From contig CM000431.1 in assembly GCA_000165345.1 (NCBI GenBank), positions 736,001 to 800,000 on the forward strand: a stretch of DNA of 64,000 nt, read 5' to 3'. Below the pieces are notes generated by a model, which was given only the letters and a program-made list of their open reading frames with translations, searched no databases and was not told where the DNA came from. Every line of letters begins with the position of its first letter. Positions within the stretch are counted from its first letter, which is position 1. The translations under genes were made by a program, and so were the position numbers. This document shows positions 9,200 to 20,800 of the stretch, piece after piece.

Positions 9200-12100
9200 A
9201 TGAACAGAAACTCGATAATATCTCAATGCAACGTTGATCCCACTGTTTTCTTCTATTATTCAGGTAATAACTTCCACAAAAAATTGGGATTATATTTTAT
9301 TGATGATTTTACCTACGAAAATATTAATAAAATTTTTGAACACACAAATGAGTCAAAACTAACTTTTACTCCAGCTATTGGTGAAATATCAGACCCAATT
9401 TTTTCCGGAGAAACATCTATTGAATATTCATCCGAATTTTTCCCAAGATTTTCCTGGAGCAAAAACGATACTTTTGGTGCATTTACAACTGGTATTTCTC
9501 GCGAAATAAAAATATTGTATTTGAACAAGGGGCAACTCCAAATTTCAGAAGAGATTCATACTCCTGATTACTTTTGTTCTTGTCTTGAACTAAATAATTA
9601 TGTAAATTTTCATTTATTGGCTTCTTCCAATATTAAATATTTCAATTCTCAAAATTTCGCTCAAGGAATTATTTCTATAATCGATTCCAACACTAAACAA
9701 AACATTGTAAATTATCATAAAGGTTCTAGCTTCGAAAGACTTAATAATATTTCCGGATATCCTAATAATGTTAAGTGGATAAACTCCAACTGCTTGGTTT
9801 CTGGCTGGAAGCTTTGTAATTATTCAAGCCAATTGCATTTTTACGACATACGAGCTAAAGATGCAATTTTTGCTACCAATATTATGACCAATTGTAATGA
9901 ACTCCTAGCAGTTAGCCAAACTGGAGGTAATTATTTACTTTCCAGTAACTTAAATAACATTATTTGTATATTTGATATAAGGTTTATGAAAAATGAACCA
10001 AGACAAAATATTATTCAAACATTAAACTGCATTTATTTTAATGATAATGAGATCAACGATATACAGTGGTTTCCAAATGGAGAACTCAATATTTCAATTT
10101 ATACTAATGATGGGATCTTTATTGCAGAGTTAAATAAAGAAATAAACTCACATATATCTTTTGAAGCATACAAGTCAGATAATCGTTTTGAAAATATCTA
10201 TTGGAATGAAAATTTAATCAAGCATTACAAGCCATTAAGTCTTAAAGAAGATTTCAGCGATACATTTTGTTGGGTTAATTATTTTGGAGGAAGTAACAAT
10301 AAACATTCATTAGTATACACAACTTCTGAGTCTGCATATCTTTTATCAAATTTAGAAATTAAAATTAATTCTTTTCCTACCTTTCGAATTTCTCCACTGG
10401 ATTCTCATTCAATAGATACGAAACATAAGCCTCAAAAAATTAATTACAGGGTTTCAAATTCTCCAAAATTGTTTGGTTACTCATGGATTCCATATAGGAT
10501 AATAAAATACTATAAAAATGATAAGAAAATTGAAGAGTACAACTGCATAGAGTTATTGAGAAGACTTGAGAACATAAATTCAACAGAAGCTAGAAATTTG
10601 GTCATTAATCAAAATGATCAGAAAAAGTTAATTGATATTGGAATTTTCCCATTAGCATTAAATAACTTAACTAATATTATAAAAATTATTAAATCTGCTT
10701 CTCATGCATTTAATTACTTATCAACTTTACCTAATCGAATTATTCATTGGAAAGATATTTTGAGGCAATTTAACAAGCAAGGCCTATTTAGTGGTGAAAA
10801 CGTGTCTGTTTTAGATAAATTAATGTTACCAGGAATCAGAGACTTAGTTTATATTTTTAAGTTGGAAGCAGGGAATAGTGATATATCTACCCAGCTGAGA
10901 TTTATTAATGTCAAGTATGAAGATTTAGAAAATAAGTCTTCTAAATGCTTGAATATGAGAGAAAATTTTCATCACATTGAAATATTTTGTTCTCCTTTTA
11001 GAGAGAAGTTAATAAATCTTTTTGGAGTATCCTCATTTATTATTGAAACGCCTATCTTTATAGACAATAATGACCCAATTCAATTAGAATCATTTTTAAT
11101 CACATTTTTTTGGAACTGCATTACACTTCAATACCAGAATTTTATTTCTCACGGTGATAAGCTATCAAATATTCTTGATAATTTTATTGATAATGAAAAT
11201 AAGCTACTCAAATCCTCTTTTTTAAAAAATATTAAGTTGTTTTTTAATTCTGCTGGGATTTTTATTTCGAATTTATATTCTTCAGAAGAACTAAATAAAA
11301 TTTCTTTAAGCAGAAAAGATATTCAGTTCTACTACTATTCAATTATTTCAACAAGCGAACATTTACTAGATGAAGATTATTACTTGCCTATTTGGAACAG
11401 CAACATTCATTTTGAATCTAGTCTTCAACTTTCAATAAGATTTATTGTTGCATTTTCCAAATTTATTAATATCCATGATCAAAACAAGCAATTTTCTTCA
11501 TATTTATTGGATGAACTATTAATTCCTTCCATGAGAATAAACTCTTATATTTATATTCCTGCTAATTTGTTACTTTTGATTGGAATTTATTATTTACCTT
11601 TGGAGGAAATTTGTAACTTGATAGAAATAATTATAAGAAAAATGGCTCAAAATGGTTTTTTAGATGGAATATCAATTTTAGGGTTTAATACATTTACTGA
11701 TGAAACATTTTTGTTAAGAAGTTTTCCTGATAACTACAACTCTGAACAATTTGAAACCTTTCTCGGGAATTTCAATTTGAACGAAAATCTTGATTCGATA
11801 TTTTTAGAGCCAGAAAATAATATAAATAAAAATTTTGGTTATAATTTGAGCTCTCAAGTATTTCTTAATTTAATTTTTCGCAAATATTTATCTCTTTCAT
11901 TTGGAGATATTCAAACAGTTGCATTAATTGGATCGTGTATTCCTAATCTCTCTGGTGGTCTCAAAAAAAATATGGAATTATTAAAGATTTGCATTGATGA
12001 ATACAAAGATTTATTGAAGAATAACTCTTTAATATATTATCTAATTTATAGCTCAAACATAATCGGCCTTTTAAAAAATGGATCTAAATCCGCAAAATTT

Positions 12101-12796
12101 ACTTATAATAATGTATCGGGCATACTTTATGAGCTTAATATCCTAAGATCGAGTTACTATAAAATGATTCATATTGACCAGGATCAATTAAAGCCACTAT
12201 TACCAACTGGGAATATATTATTTTGCTATTATTGCGAGCAGCCATTATGCCAAGCATATTTCGAGCAGAGTTGCTTTTTTGAAAAAAGCAATTCGAACAT
12301 GGATTGTAATTCAATAATTTCTCAATCATTCAATACAGACCTTTCTGAAGTTCAATTAGACAAAAAAGAAATAGTTTTTAAGAATATTTATAATAGAGAC
12401 TATCAGGTAGGATATTCGTTACGTTGGACAAGCAGTAATAAATCAAGTATAAATAGTTTAATTCAACCTGAAGCTATTCAAAGTTTGGAGTTATCATCTA
12501 TGATCTTAAACTGCCCTAATAAATATTGTAACAAACCTCTACCAAGATGCGTAATTTGTTTGACAGAAATGTCTATCAATGTGATTAGTAATTCAATCAA
12601 TGATGACGCTGCGCAAAAGGACTGTACTCAACAATGTAATTATAATAAATTGAGTAAATGGTATACTTGGTGTTTGCATTGCCACCATGGCGGATGTTTT
12701 AAACATATCAGTGAATGGTTTGAGTGTTTTGATGAATGCCCTGTACCGGAGTGCAATTGTTGGTGTAATTCAGTAGATCGTTGGCACAAATTATAA
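9200..12796 (+). CDS. WD40 beta-propeller, alpha-solenoid and C-terminal RING protein. The RING is of the SEA/GATOR2 type (WDR24/WDR59/MIOS-like). A HOPS/CORVET subunit such as Vps8, Vps11 or Vps18 is the alternative.
   Basis: The ATG at 9200 is confirmed. The N-terminal region carries WD-like strands (HFYDIRA, ICIFDIRF, IQWFPNGEL). The C-terminus reads CVIC...WCLHCHHGGCFKHISEWFECFDECPVPECNCWC. This resembles, as recalled from memory, the C-x2-C...C-x2-C-G-H-G-G-H...W...CP..C.C C-terminal fingers of WDR24/WDR59/MIOS. Total length is 1198 aa. Confidence 0.5.
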   Translation: MNRNSIISQCNVDPTVFFYYSGNNFHKKLGLYFIDDFTYENINKIFEHTNESKLTFTPAIGEISDPIFSGETSIEYSSEFFPRFSWSKNDTFGAFTTGISREIKILYLNKGQLQISEEIHTPDYFCSCLELNNYVNFHLLASSNIKYFNSQNFAQGIISIIDSNTKQNIVNYHKGSSFERLNNISGYPNNVKWINSNCLVSGWKLCNYSSQLHFYDIRAKDAIFATNIMTNCNELLAVSQTGGNYLLSSNLNNIICIFDIRFMKNEPRQNIIQTLNCIYFNDNEINDIQWFPNGELNISIYTNDGIFIAELNKEINSHISFEAYKSDNRFENIYWNENLIKHYKPLSLKEDFSDTFCWVNYFGGSNNKHSLVYTTSESAYLLSNLEIKINSFPTFRISPLDSHSIDTKHKPQKINYRVSNSPKLFGYSWIPYRIIKYYKNDKKIEEYNCIELLRRLENINSTEARNLVINQNDQKKLIDIGIFPLALNNLTNIIKIIKSASHAFNYLSTLPNRIIHWKDILRQFNKQGLFSGENVSVLDKLMLPGIRDLVYIFKLEAGNSDISTQLRFINVKYEDLENKSSKCLNMRENFHHIEIFCSPFREKLINLFGVSSFIIETPIFIDNNDPIQLESFLITFFWNCITLQYQNFISHGDKLSNILDNFIDNENKLLKSSFLKNIKLFFNSAGIFISNLYSSEELNKISLSRKDIQFYYYSIISTSEHLLDEDYYLPIWNSNIHFESSLQLSIRFIVAFSKFINIHDQNKQFSSYLLDELLIPSMRINSYIYIPANLLLLIGIYYLPLEEICNLIEIIIRKMAQNGFLDGISILGFNTFTDETFLLRSFPDNYNSEQFETFLGNFNLNENLDSIFLEPENNINKNFGYNLSSQVFLNLIFRKYLSLSFGDIQTVALIGSCIPNLSGGLKKNMELLKICIDEYKDLLKNNSLIYYLIYSSNIIGLLKNGSKSAKFTYNNVSGILYELNILRSSYYKMIHIDQDQLKPLLPTGNILFCYYCEQPLCQAYFEQSCFFEKSNSNMDCNSIISQSFNTDLSEVQLDKKEIVFKNIYNRDYQVGYSLRWTSSNKSSINSLIQPEAIQSLELSSMILNCPNKYCNKPLPRCVICLTEMSINVISNSINDDAAQKDCTQQCNYNKLSKWYTWCLHCHHGGCFKHISEWFECFDECPVPECNCWCNSVDRWHKL
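12548..12766 (+). other. C-terminal RING-like zinc finger of the 9200..12796 protein
   Basis: The Cys/His cluster is listed in the parent feature. Confidence 0.55.
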
Positions 12797-12867
12797 TTGG
12801 TAAAATTTTCTACTTTAATATTCACTATAGGTATCTATTAATTTTCTGTCTATTATTTTTTCAATAG

Positions 12868-15800
12868 TCAATGATTAGTATCTGCTTCGTTTATTTTAAC
12901 ATTGACATTATCATCTTGCTCTACGTTGCCAAGCGATTCATTGCTTGACTGCTCCATCTCCATAATTGAGTCAGCAATCCTTGATTCATATCTCAATGAG
13001 ATTAACCATATTATTCCGATTACAATGCTAATTGCAAAACCTATAAACGTGGCAAAATTTAAAATAACGATAAGAGTGTCTTTGGTTCTACCGACCATCC
13101 CACAAAACGTAACGATCCCATTTGTAAAGTCAACTGAAACTTGTCCACAATTATGAGCTTCTGTCTTTATACTATTTAAAATCATTGCACTCCCAAACAT
13201 TTTCCTTATTCTATCGTTTAGAACCAAATTTAGTCTCTCGACCTCATTAGCTGCAAAGTTAGTTGGGTTAATTAAATAATCGTAACTAATACTGGCAATG
13301 TACTCTTGGAATTCAACGTATTTGCATGTATTATTATAGTATTTAATATAAAGGCTGTTATTTCCAAAATTGGGAATTTCCTTTATTCCTTCAATATCTA
13401 TCCAAGAAAATGGATAACAAAAAAAATTGTGATTATACAATTCCATTGATTTCTTTACCCATACTAGCGTATGTTTAAAGCTCGAAATTGGATAGTCCTT
13501 AAAATGTTTATTATCTTTATGATATTTTTCTATGGCTAGCTGATCAATGTCTGTGTCTGCTGAAATGATTAGATTCTCTTCTGAATTTGTATTATCCTCT
13601 GTAATAGAAGATGTTGGCTCAAATATATTTTCTAAGCTAGATAATTTTGAAGTAGGATTCTCCTCAGTTTTCTCTTGTTTTCCGTTAATAGTATCTGAAG
13701 TATCTACCAAGTATTTTATTTTAAATGGGTATATTATTGATTCAAGAACTTCCAAGCCAGGAACCTTAATTGGCAATGACTGAGAAATCATTAAAGTTGA
13801 AACATTAGAATTAGGACTGCTACATAGAGCAGTGTATGTAGTGTAGCCGAATATAGAACTTTTCATTAGCCAATTTTCTTCTTTGTAGCTCTGAGTTATT
13901 AAAACTAATACAGGCACGTCTTGTTCATCTGGTGTAGATTTCTCCACATCTGGAAAGTACATTAAAGAATATTTTATGTAGTCTGTTATATTCATGTAAT
14001 TAAAACATTGTTCTGCTATTGCTTGGCTGGTGGAAATAATATTGATATATTCTGGAACAATTTTTGACATATCATTGACAAAAGAGCCTGGTAGCAATTG
14101 AACTAATAAATAGGATAGACTGCTTTCTATTGGAGCATCGTCCAACAAACCAACTATTTCCTGATTACCGAACCTTTCAGCAAGTAAAATATCATTTGAG
14201 TTACTTTTTAGTAGTTCATTATTATAATTCAAAAACAAATTGGAAATAAAGTCATTTTTATTCATTGCTCTGCTTTTTGTACTCAAATCTCCCAAGTATA
14301 ATTCACTTTTTAAACTCTCGTTACTAAACAAGTGATTCTGATTCAACAAAAATCGAGGGCTTTTATTTGAATAGTTGAAAAATATGTCTTTAATATTTTC
14401 GCTATCTTTGGACTCATCACTCTGAAGTTTATTAAATAAATCTAAATATATATGATTTTTTATTCCATGATATTCTAAAACCCTTATCCTATCAGTTATA
14501 AAATCTTTTTCATTAAGATATCTTTTGTTATCACTTTTAATCTTAATATACGATGCAAGTGGATACATACATATACTCATAATCATTCCTAATTCGGGAC
14601 TTACAGTTGAAATCCAATTCATCCCTATTGGACTAAACAAATCACTAACTATCCAACCACAATAGTCTTTCCCTACTGTTCCTGAAACCGTTAGAGTATA
14701 TGAAACAAATGAAACAAATGTAGACAATCCCATAAATATGAATGCGACAGCAACCAATGCTGACCTACTTTGGAAAAATCCAATGTGACTTCTTCCAGAT
14801 AAGAATAGTTTTATGTGAAGAATTGAAAAAATAATTGAAATTACTCCAATTATTGTAGATGAAACGCATAGCACTGTAATTATTACAAACACAATGTTGC
14901 TTGCAGTCCTAGATACATTTAAAAATAATAAAATGTATGAAATAAATTTTTTGAAAATTTCAAAGTATTCATTAACACTAAATGACATTGATGAAGTATC
15001 CACTGATTTTATAATGTCAGTTATTTTATTTAAAACCGGAATCATAGAGTTAAATAAAGTTTCATTCACTGGCATAAATGAATTTACAGCATTTAATACA
15101 GAGTTCTTAAGTAATTCTTTGGCCGGAATATACCAATCAATTCCATTAGGATTAATTACTGATGAATTGGTAAAAACATTTGCTAATTCATTTAGTCTTA
15201 TACTTAGAGCAGTTGGAAACCCTGCACTTCTAATGTAATTAATTGTGTCTTTAAAAAATTCAATTAATGTTTCAACTGAACCCAATTCCTGAAATAAACC
15301 GTAAAGTGGTAGTGATCCAATGAATGGAACTGTTGTATTTGTTTTCAAGAATGATTTTGCAATACTGAACGAACCTGAAGTTGTGTTAATATTTATATTG
15401 CCATTTGAAAATGCATCCGCTCCAATTGCAAACCAACAAACTGATGTTAAAAAAGAATCAGAAAAGGCAAAAAAGTTTACAATAATCACAATAGAAAGAG
15501 TAATATAAATAACACATAGTCCACATAATAGGGTACTCAATATATATATACTCAGTTTTACTTTCCATAATCCGTTTGATGTTTCTTCAAATGAAACAAC
15601 TCTGTCGTTCATTACTCTGCACAAAACAAACCCAAGAGATACGGCAATAAAGGTAAAGATTGAAATACCAAAAATTATACAACTGGCAATTTCTCTCCAA
15701 ATCAATGCATCTAAATAGCTGGATATCAGCGGTTTAAGATTTATGTGAGTTTTATTGGAATCTGCAATGATTGCATTTTCAAAAATTATTCCTGCTAAGA

Positions 15801-16080
15801 CACTATAATCTGAATGCCACGATTTGAACGATTCCCACATTTCCTTTTTATAAGCGAGATCACTTTCTTGAAGTTTGTCGTACCTCCCACAGTTTTCAGA
15901 GACAAATTCTTCCAGAGTAGATACCCTGGAATAATTAATAACTTGCTGTGCCTTTTCAAGGCTAGATAAAATATATGGAGTGCTAACTGACCATGGTATA
16001 TCTGTTAAGGAGGCCTCAACTTTACCAAAAAGGTATATACATATACAAAAGATGGATGTTATGCAATATTTAACAGACAT
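12868..16080 (-). CDS. Large multi-pass membrane protein with an N-terminal signal peptide. Family not assigned.
   Basis: ATG at 16080-16078. The N-terminus MSVKYCITSIFCICIYLFGKVEAS looks like a signal peptide. At least 8 hydrophobic segments are present, for example IASCIIFGISIFTFIAVSLGFVLC, VIITVLCVSSTIIGVISIIFSIL and IGFAISIVIGIIWLISL. A hydrophilic region of ~450 aa sits between the TM clusters. Confidence 0.6.
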   Translation of the reverse strand: MSVKYCITSIFCICIYLFGKVEASLTDIPWSVSTPYILSSLEKAQQVINYSRVSTLEEFVSENCGRYDKLQESDLAYKKEMWESFKSWHSDYSVLAGIIFENAIIADSNKTHINLKPLISSYLDALIWREIASCIIFGISIFTFIAVSLGFVLCRVMNDRVVSFEETSNGLWKVKLSIYILSTLLCGLCVIYITLSIVIIVNFFAFSDSFLTSVCWFAIGADAFSNGNININTTSGSFSIAKSFLKTNTTVPFIGSLPLYGLFQELGSVETLIEFFKDTINYIRSAGFPTALSIRLNELANVFTNSSVINPNGIDWYIPAKELLKNSVLNAVNSFMPVNETLFNSMIPVLNKITDIIKSVDTSSMSFSVNEYFEIFKKFISYILLFLNVSRTASNIVFVIITVLCVSSTIIGVISIIFSILHIKLFLSGRSHIGFFQSRSALVAVAFIFMGLSTFVSFVSYTLTVSGTVGKDYCGWIVSDLFSPIGMNWISTVSPELGMIMSICMYPLASYIKIKSDNKRYLNEKDFITDRIRVLEYHGIKNHIYLDLFNKLQSDESKDSENIKDIFFNYSNKSPRFLLNQNHLFSNESLKSELYLGDLSTKSRAMNKNDFISNLFLNYNNELLKSNSNDILLAERFGNQEIVGLLDDAPIESSLSYLLVQLLPGSFVNDMSKIVPEYINIISTSQAIAEQCFNYMNITDYIKYSLMYFPDVEKSTPDEQDVPVLVLITQSYKEENWLMKSSIFGYTTYTALCSSPNSNVSTLMISQSLPIKVPGLEVLESIIYPFKIKYLVDTSDTINGKQEKTEENPTSKLSSLENIFEPTSSITEDNTNSEENLIISADTDIDQLAIEKYHKDNKHFKDYPISSFKHTLVWVKKSMELYNHNFFCYPFSWIDIEGIKEIPNFGNNSLYIKYYNNTCKYVEFQEYIASISYDYLINPTNFAANEVERLNLVLNDRIRKMFGSAMILNSIKTEAHNCGQVSVDFTNGIVTFCGMVGRTKDTLIVILNFATFIGFAISIVIGIIWLISLRYESRIADSIMEMEQSSNESLGNVEQDDNVNVKINEADTNH

Positions 16081-16137
16081 TTTGCTCCATTTTTCAAAGT
16101 TAAATAGGCTTCATGTAATTCAGAGTCGAAATTCACA

Positions 16138-16146
16138 TTTTGGCGC
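16138..16146. promoter_or_regulatory. TTTTGGCGC motif (E2F-like) 58-66 bp upstream of the membrane-protein gene start
   Basis: This is a GC-rich octamer inside an otherwise AT-rich 118-bp spacer. Confidence 0.35.
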
Positions 16147-16198
16147 TAGTACATTCGAAAACTTTTAATTAAATAGAAGTAATAAAAATAATTGTTTA

Positions 16199-17830
16199 TT
16201 AAATATTTTTTTCTTGTAAGATTTTACAAATTCTAAGTAATTCCCTACATGAACTAACTACATTGCACTTAACTTGCTCGATATCTTTAATATCCTTTGC
16301 ACTGTTGTACAAATTCTTAGTGATTTCTAATAAGCTTTCATTAAGTTTAGGCGCATTTGAATTTAATTCAGGCTCTGAATTTAAGTTACACCTTATTTGA
16401 GAATAATGTATGTCTCTATGTTCAAAAAAATGGCTTCTTTGATTGGATAATAGGACCTTTTTGTAGTTTTTATCATCAAAAGCTGAGCCACTTAATAATT
16501 TAGGCGAATTTAAGCACTCGTTTTCAGCAGAAACAGTGTAGCATAGTGATTTTGCGTTCGATAATATTTCAAGTGGACTAATAGATAAGTTTGATTGATT
16601 AACTATTAATTTCAACGTATGGTTAAAGTCAGAGTTTACTATTGCACTTCTTCTTGCAAGTAGTATTGAAATAGCAATAAAATTTACTATTGGTAAAGAT
16701 GATTCAACTGCTTCACAGACCTCTTTATTTATATTTTTTCTCCCTTTTGCAGAACCATCCATTAAAATTTCGCTATTAGAGAATTTCCCATTTTGAAGGG
16801 CATCACAAAAGATGCCTTCCCAAATTATAATTGAATTATTCAAATCGGAAAATTCTCTAGAAAATAAAAGTCTAATCCATCTTAAAAAAATAAGTTGGGG
16901 TTCAATTTCATGCTCTCTATATAGATGAATAAACAGCTCATAATCTACCTTTTCTAAAATGCCATAAATATTTATACATCTATGTACTATCGGAGGTTTA
17001 TTCGAATCATCGTTTTTCATTGAATTATTATCATTTGAATTACACTCATTGTATGTGGATTTAAACATATATTTTAAACCAAAAACATTCATAACAGAAT
17101 TAAACATAATATAAGTATCTGCTTCTATTGAATCGCTCCTAAAAATGTGTTCTAAACTGAAATTATCTCCATTGTATTCATTCTTTGACTCTAGACCATT
17201 AGAATAAACTCTATTATCAACAATTTTCTGACTGTGATTTATCAAAAATAAAATTGCAGCAATTTCATTCATTCCCTGCTTGTATCCCAGATCAGGGTTC
17301 TCGCGTGTCCATGTGAACAATATTCTTTGCAAAAGTTGTCTCGTATTTGAGTCAGAAAAAAGTTGTCGTTCAGAATAGGTTCTTGTGACGTCTTTCCAAA
17401 TTTCATCTAATAATTCACCATTTTTGTGTTGTTCATTCCACGGGTTATTAGCAATCTGAGATAGAGGATGAAACTTTAAAGGGTCCATTGAAGTAACTTT
17501 ACTAATATCTAATTTATTTTTGTTAAAAGAGCGAGAATAATTGCTTCTCTCCATTTCTAGTAATTCGTGAATTTTTTTATAGCAATCATGAATTGAAAGC
17601 GAAAAAAAATCAACAGGGATAATTCTGAGTAGAATCATCCACTTAAGACGTGGGATATCCAATATATTTTCATTTTTTCCTTGTACATATTTTACATTAC
17701 AAACATTTTCGGTATATTTAATAAAGTTTTGTTTTGGATTACCTTTCAAATATTCAAAAAAATCTATAAAGCTTGAATCTTCGATTTTTGAATAGTACTC
17801 GTCATTCTCAAAAACTTCAAAATCTGTCAT
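16199..17830 (-). CDS. TBC-domain Rab GTPase-activating protein
   Basis: QLLQRILFTWTRENPDLGYKQGMNEIAAILFLI contains the TBC Gln-finger motif YxQGMxEI. The ATG is confirmed. Confidence 0.75.
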   Translation of the reverse strand: MTDFEVFENDEYYSKIEDSSFIDFFEYLKGNPKQNFIKYTENVCNVKYVQGKNENILDIPRLKWMILLRIIPVDFFSLSIHDCYKKIHELLEMERSNYSRSFNKNKLDISKVTSMDPLKFHPLSQIANNPWNEQHKNGELLDEIWKDVTRTYSERQLFSDSNTRQLLQRILFTWTRENPDLGYKQGMNEIAAILFLINHSQKIVDNRVYSNGLESKNEYNGDNFSLEHIFRSDSIEADTYIMFNSVMNVFGLKYMFKSTYNECNSNDNNSMKNDDSNKPPIVHRCINIYGILEKVDYELFIHLYREHEIEPQLIFLRWIRLLFSREFSDLNNSIIIWEGIFCDALQNGKFSNSEILMDGSAKGRKNINKEVCEAVESSLPIVNFIAISILLARRSAIVNSDFNHTLKLIVNQSNLSISPLEILSNAKSLCYTVSAENECLNSPKLLSGSAFDDKNYKKVLLSNQRSHFFEHRDIHYSQIRCNLNSEPELNSNAPKLNESLLEITKNLYNSAKDIKDIEQVKCNVVSSCRELLRICKILQEKNI

Positions 17831-17862
17831 TGTAAAATTTCACAATAATACAAATCGCAAAA

Positions 17863-20800
17863 TTACTTAGTCAAATTCCCCGCAAAATCTTTCGCATTAT
17901 AATTGGAGAAATTTATTTTTTTTTCATGGATATTTGATAGTAGGAAATCAAGGCGTTTTTCAAAAAAACTTATATAAAAACTGCTGTTTTCAAATATATC
18001 TTCTCTATTATTAATCTCCCTATATTTGGAAATTATAATCAATTTTCTAATTGATATCACAAAAGTTAAAATGCTTACTTCATCAATTAAAACGCTCCCA
18101 AAAAGTTCGATACTTATTAGTTGGGTCGGACACTCCTTTATACAATCATAAACTCTTTTAAACAGATTAATTTGACTCTTTATTTGCGTCCCCCATTGTT
18201 CAAAATGGAGCTCAATTTTCGATATTTCATCTGAATTTAGTGTTTTTTGGCTTATAGCTTTAAAATATTTGAAAATCTGACAAGTTGCTACCTGGGAAAT
18301 ATTCAAATATTCGTTACAAATATTATCAATCTCCCTTGGGAAAAATACGGAGTTATTTTGAGTTTCCATACTCCGTAAACTTTCAGATATTACGTCCAAG
18401 ATTATTATCGAAAATAAACATGAATTCTGGTCATTAAGCAAGACAATTTGTTTAATTTGATTTTCGTATTCGTTATAGCAATTTAAGCCACTGCCGTGAG
18501 AATCTTCATTTTGATGTAAGAAGTTACTACAGAAATATTTGATAATATGGATAAACGAATTAAAAGTAAGAATTGCTTTATTTTCGATGGACGCAGCTTC
18601 GTCAGTTATTAAATAAATTAAACAAACCATTAAGTTGTACCAATAATTGTGGTTAAAACACAACAAAAAAAGAATTGTTCCTTCATGAATATCATTAATG
18701 CCAATTTTTGTACAGAATAAGTTTCTAATTCTATCATTTTTTTCAACTTTTATTTCCAAAAATAATTCAGTTTCCAGAGATTCAAAAATAGTTCTTATTA
18801 TTTTGCAGATCAAACATTTTTTTTCAAGTGTTAACTGTGTTCCATTACATATGTTGTTACAAACCATCTTTAAGATTTTATCAAATACTATCTTTTCAAG
18901 TTCGTATACTATAAAATACGGAATACTATCATGTCTTGCTATATTTTTGTAAAACCTAATAAAAAAAATAGAAAATTCCAAAATCGCAATTTGATCTTCG
19001 AAAAAGAATCTTCCAATTTTGCTGTTTATTAAATCTATATCAGTTTTTTCCTCAGAGTTTTCATCTTCACCTTCGCTAGTCTTATATTTAGAAAGCTCTT
19101 GGTGATAAATCAGGTCAAAAACAGACTCTATTATTGAATCAGATTGTTCGTTTTCTAAAAAAACAAAAGACAACTTATAATTATAACCAATAAAAGATAA
19201 GCACCCTGTCAATACTTTAACTAAGTCTGTTAATATTGATAATTTTCTAATTTTCGTCTTCTCATTTATGTATTGCTCTTTATTGTTTGCTGAAATTAAA
19301 TGTTTTATGGACTTTAAATTGTTATCAATTAAGTTAAAAAGTTTCTGAACGAAGGTATCCTTCTTTTCTGATATAGATAGAATGTCAATAATTGACGAGT
19401 AGAATTCAAGTAAAATTTTCGGATGAATGATTTTATCAAAGGCTGGAGATAAACAAATTAATGAGTTTAATTCTCCAGAATCAATATATTTAAAAACATT
19501 ATTAACAATTATTTTTATCAAGTATATATGCTCTGATAGATTTTCATTAAAATAGTTCTTTGGATGACTTATTGATAAATATAGATTATTGTTTAGATTA
19601 GAGAAATCTATATAAAGTGTTTTAGATTTTGAACTGATGTTTTTCCAATAATAAATTAGATTTTCCAAACAATTCGATTTTTCATTTATAGGAAATTCAA
19701 GTTCAAATAACAAACTCATTAGTTCTAACGCCGTTATTCTTAATAGTGGATGCTTAAATGTTGTAAAGCTATCTCTAATAAAAACCAACAAATTTTCGTA
19801 AATTGAATTGTCTATAGATTTGAAAGAATTCCAACAAGATTGATTTTTAAATTTTTTCATCAGAACAATTCCCAAATTTAGAATTCCATGAATTAAGTTA
19901 TATTTATTCTCTGAATTGTTAATCGAAAATTTGATAGATTGAAAAATTAAATTTAGTAAAGAATTGGCTTTAGAAGCTTGATTATTCGAGTTATTGATAA
20001 AAATTTCAAGCAGGATTCCATCTAAATTTGCATTAGAAATTTCATTTAGTGGATGTAAACTCAAATTAGGGATATTTAATGTTAAAAAAATAATCTCTCC
20101 CAATAACTTTGAAGAATACATTCTAACGAAATATGAACTTGAATAAATTGATTTAATAATGCAAATAGCAAGCTCGTATGAGCAATCTGCCCATGAAATA
20201 GATATTTCAGTAAGTAGTAACAGAACCATTCCTTGAAATTGCGTATGAGTAGAATTTAGCAAAATATCAATAATGCATGGCTCAAAAATACCTGAAATTC
20301 TTTTAATCGATTTTAGTGAAAAACGGGTAGAAGTATTGATTTCAGATATCAAAGAATTAACACAATTATAATCAAATTGTTTATTTAATACGATTGATAA
20401 AACATCTTTGAGCACTTTATTAAATAAAATGGGTAAGTCGTCTGACCCCGGTGTGGTTTTAAAATCATTATTAAGAATTTCGCATCGATTGTTCGTCTTG
20501 CTAATATATTCAATATTACTTTCTATTCCGTTTGCTTTGAAACTAAACCTTTTCAAAAGTGCAGACATTAAATTCAATGAAGAATTGCATAAAGCAAACC
20601 CGTTTTCGTCTTTAACTTTCAAATCGTATATTTTAATATTATTGAATGCTGAAAATAAAGAACCACATAGTAAACTCAGATCAAAAATTTCGCAAAGAGT
20701 ATTTGTTCCAGAACTGCTTTTTGATTTAGAAATTAATTTTGCGAGGATATGATTAGAGTGAATACTGCATCTATAACGCTGGAATAAAATATAATCAGAA

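Noticed and set aside
9142-9202. Possible fusion of the AP2 gene with the downstream WD40-RING gene (55-bp gap)
   Set aside because: TAA stop at 9142-9144. The downstream ATG is in a different frame and no splice signals bridge them.
6641-20752. Short ORFs of 60-120 aa nested inside, and antisense to, the large genes (for example 6641..6844, 6860..7045, 12902..13156, 14894..15238, 18698..18952, 20408..20752)
   Set aside because: Each lies wholly within a far longer, motif-supported ORF on the other strand. Their translations are hydrophobic low-complexity strings typical of antisense frames in AT-rich sequence.
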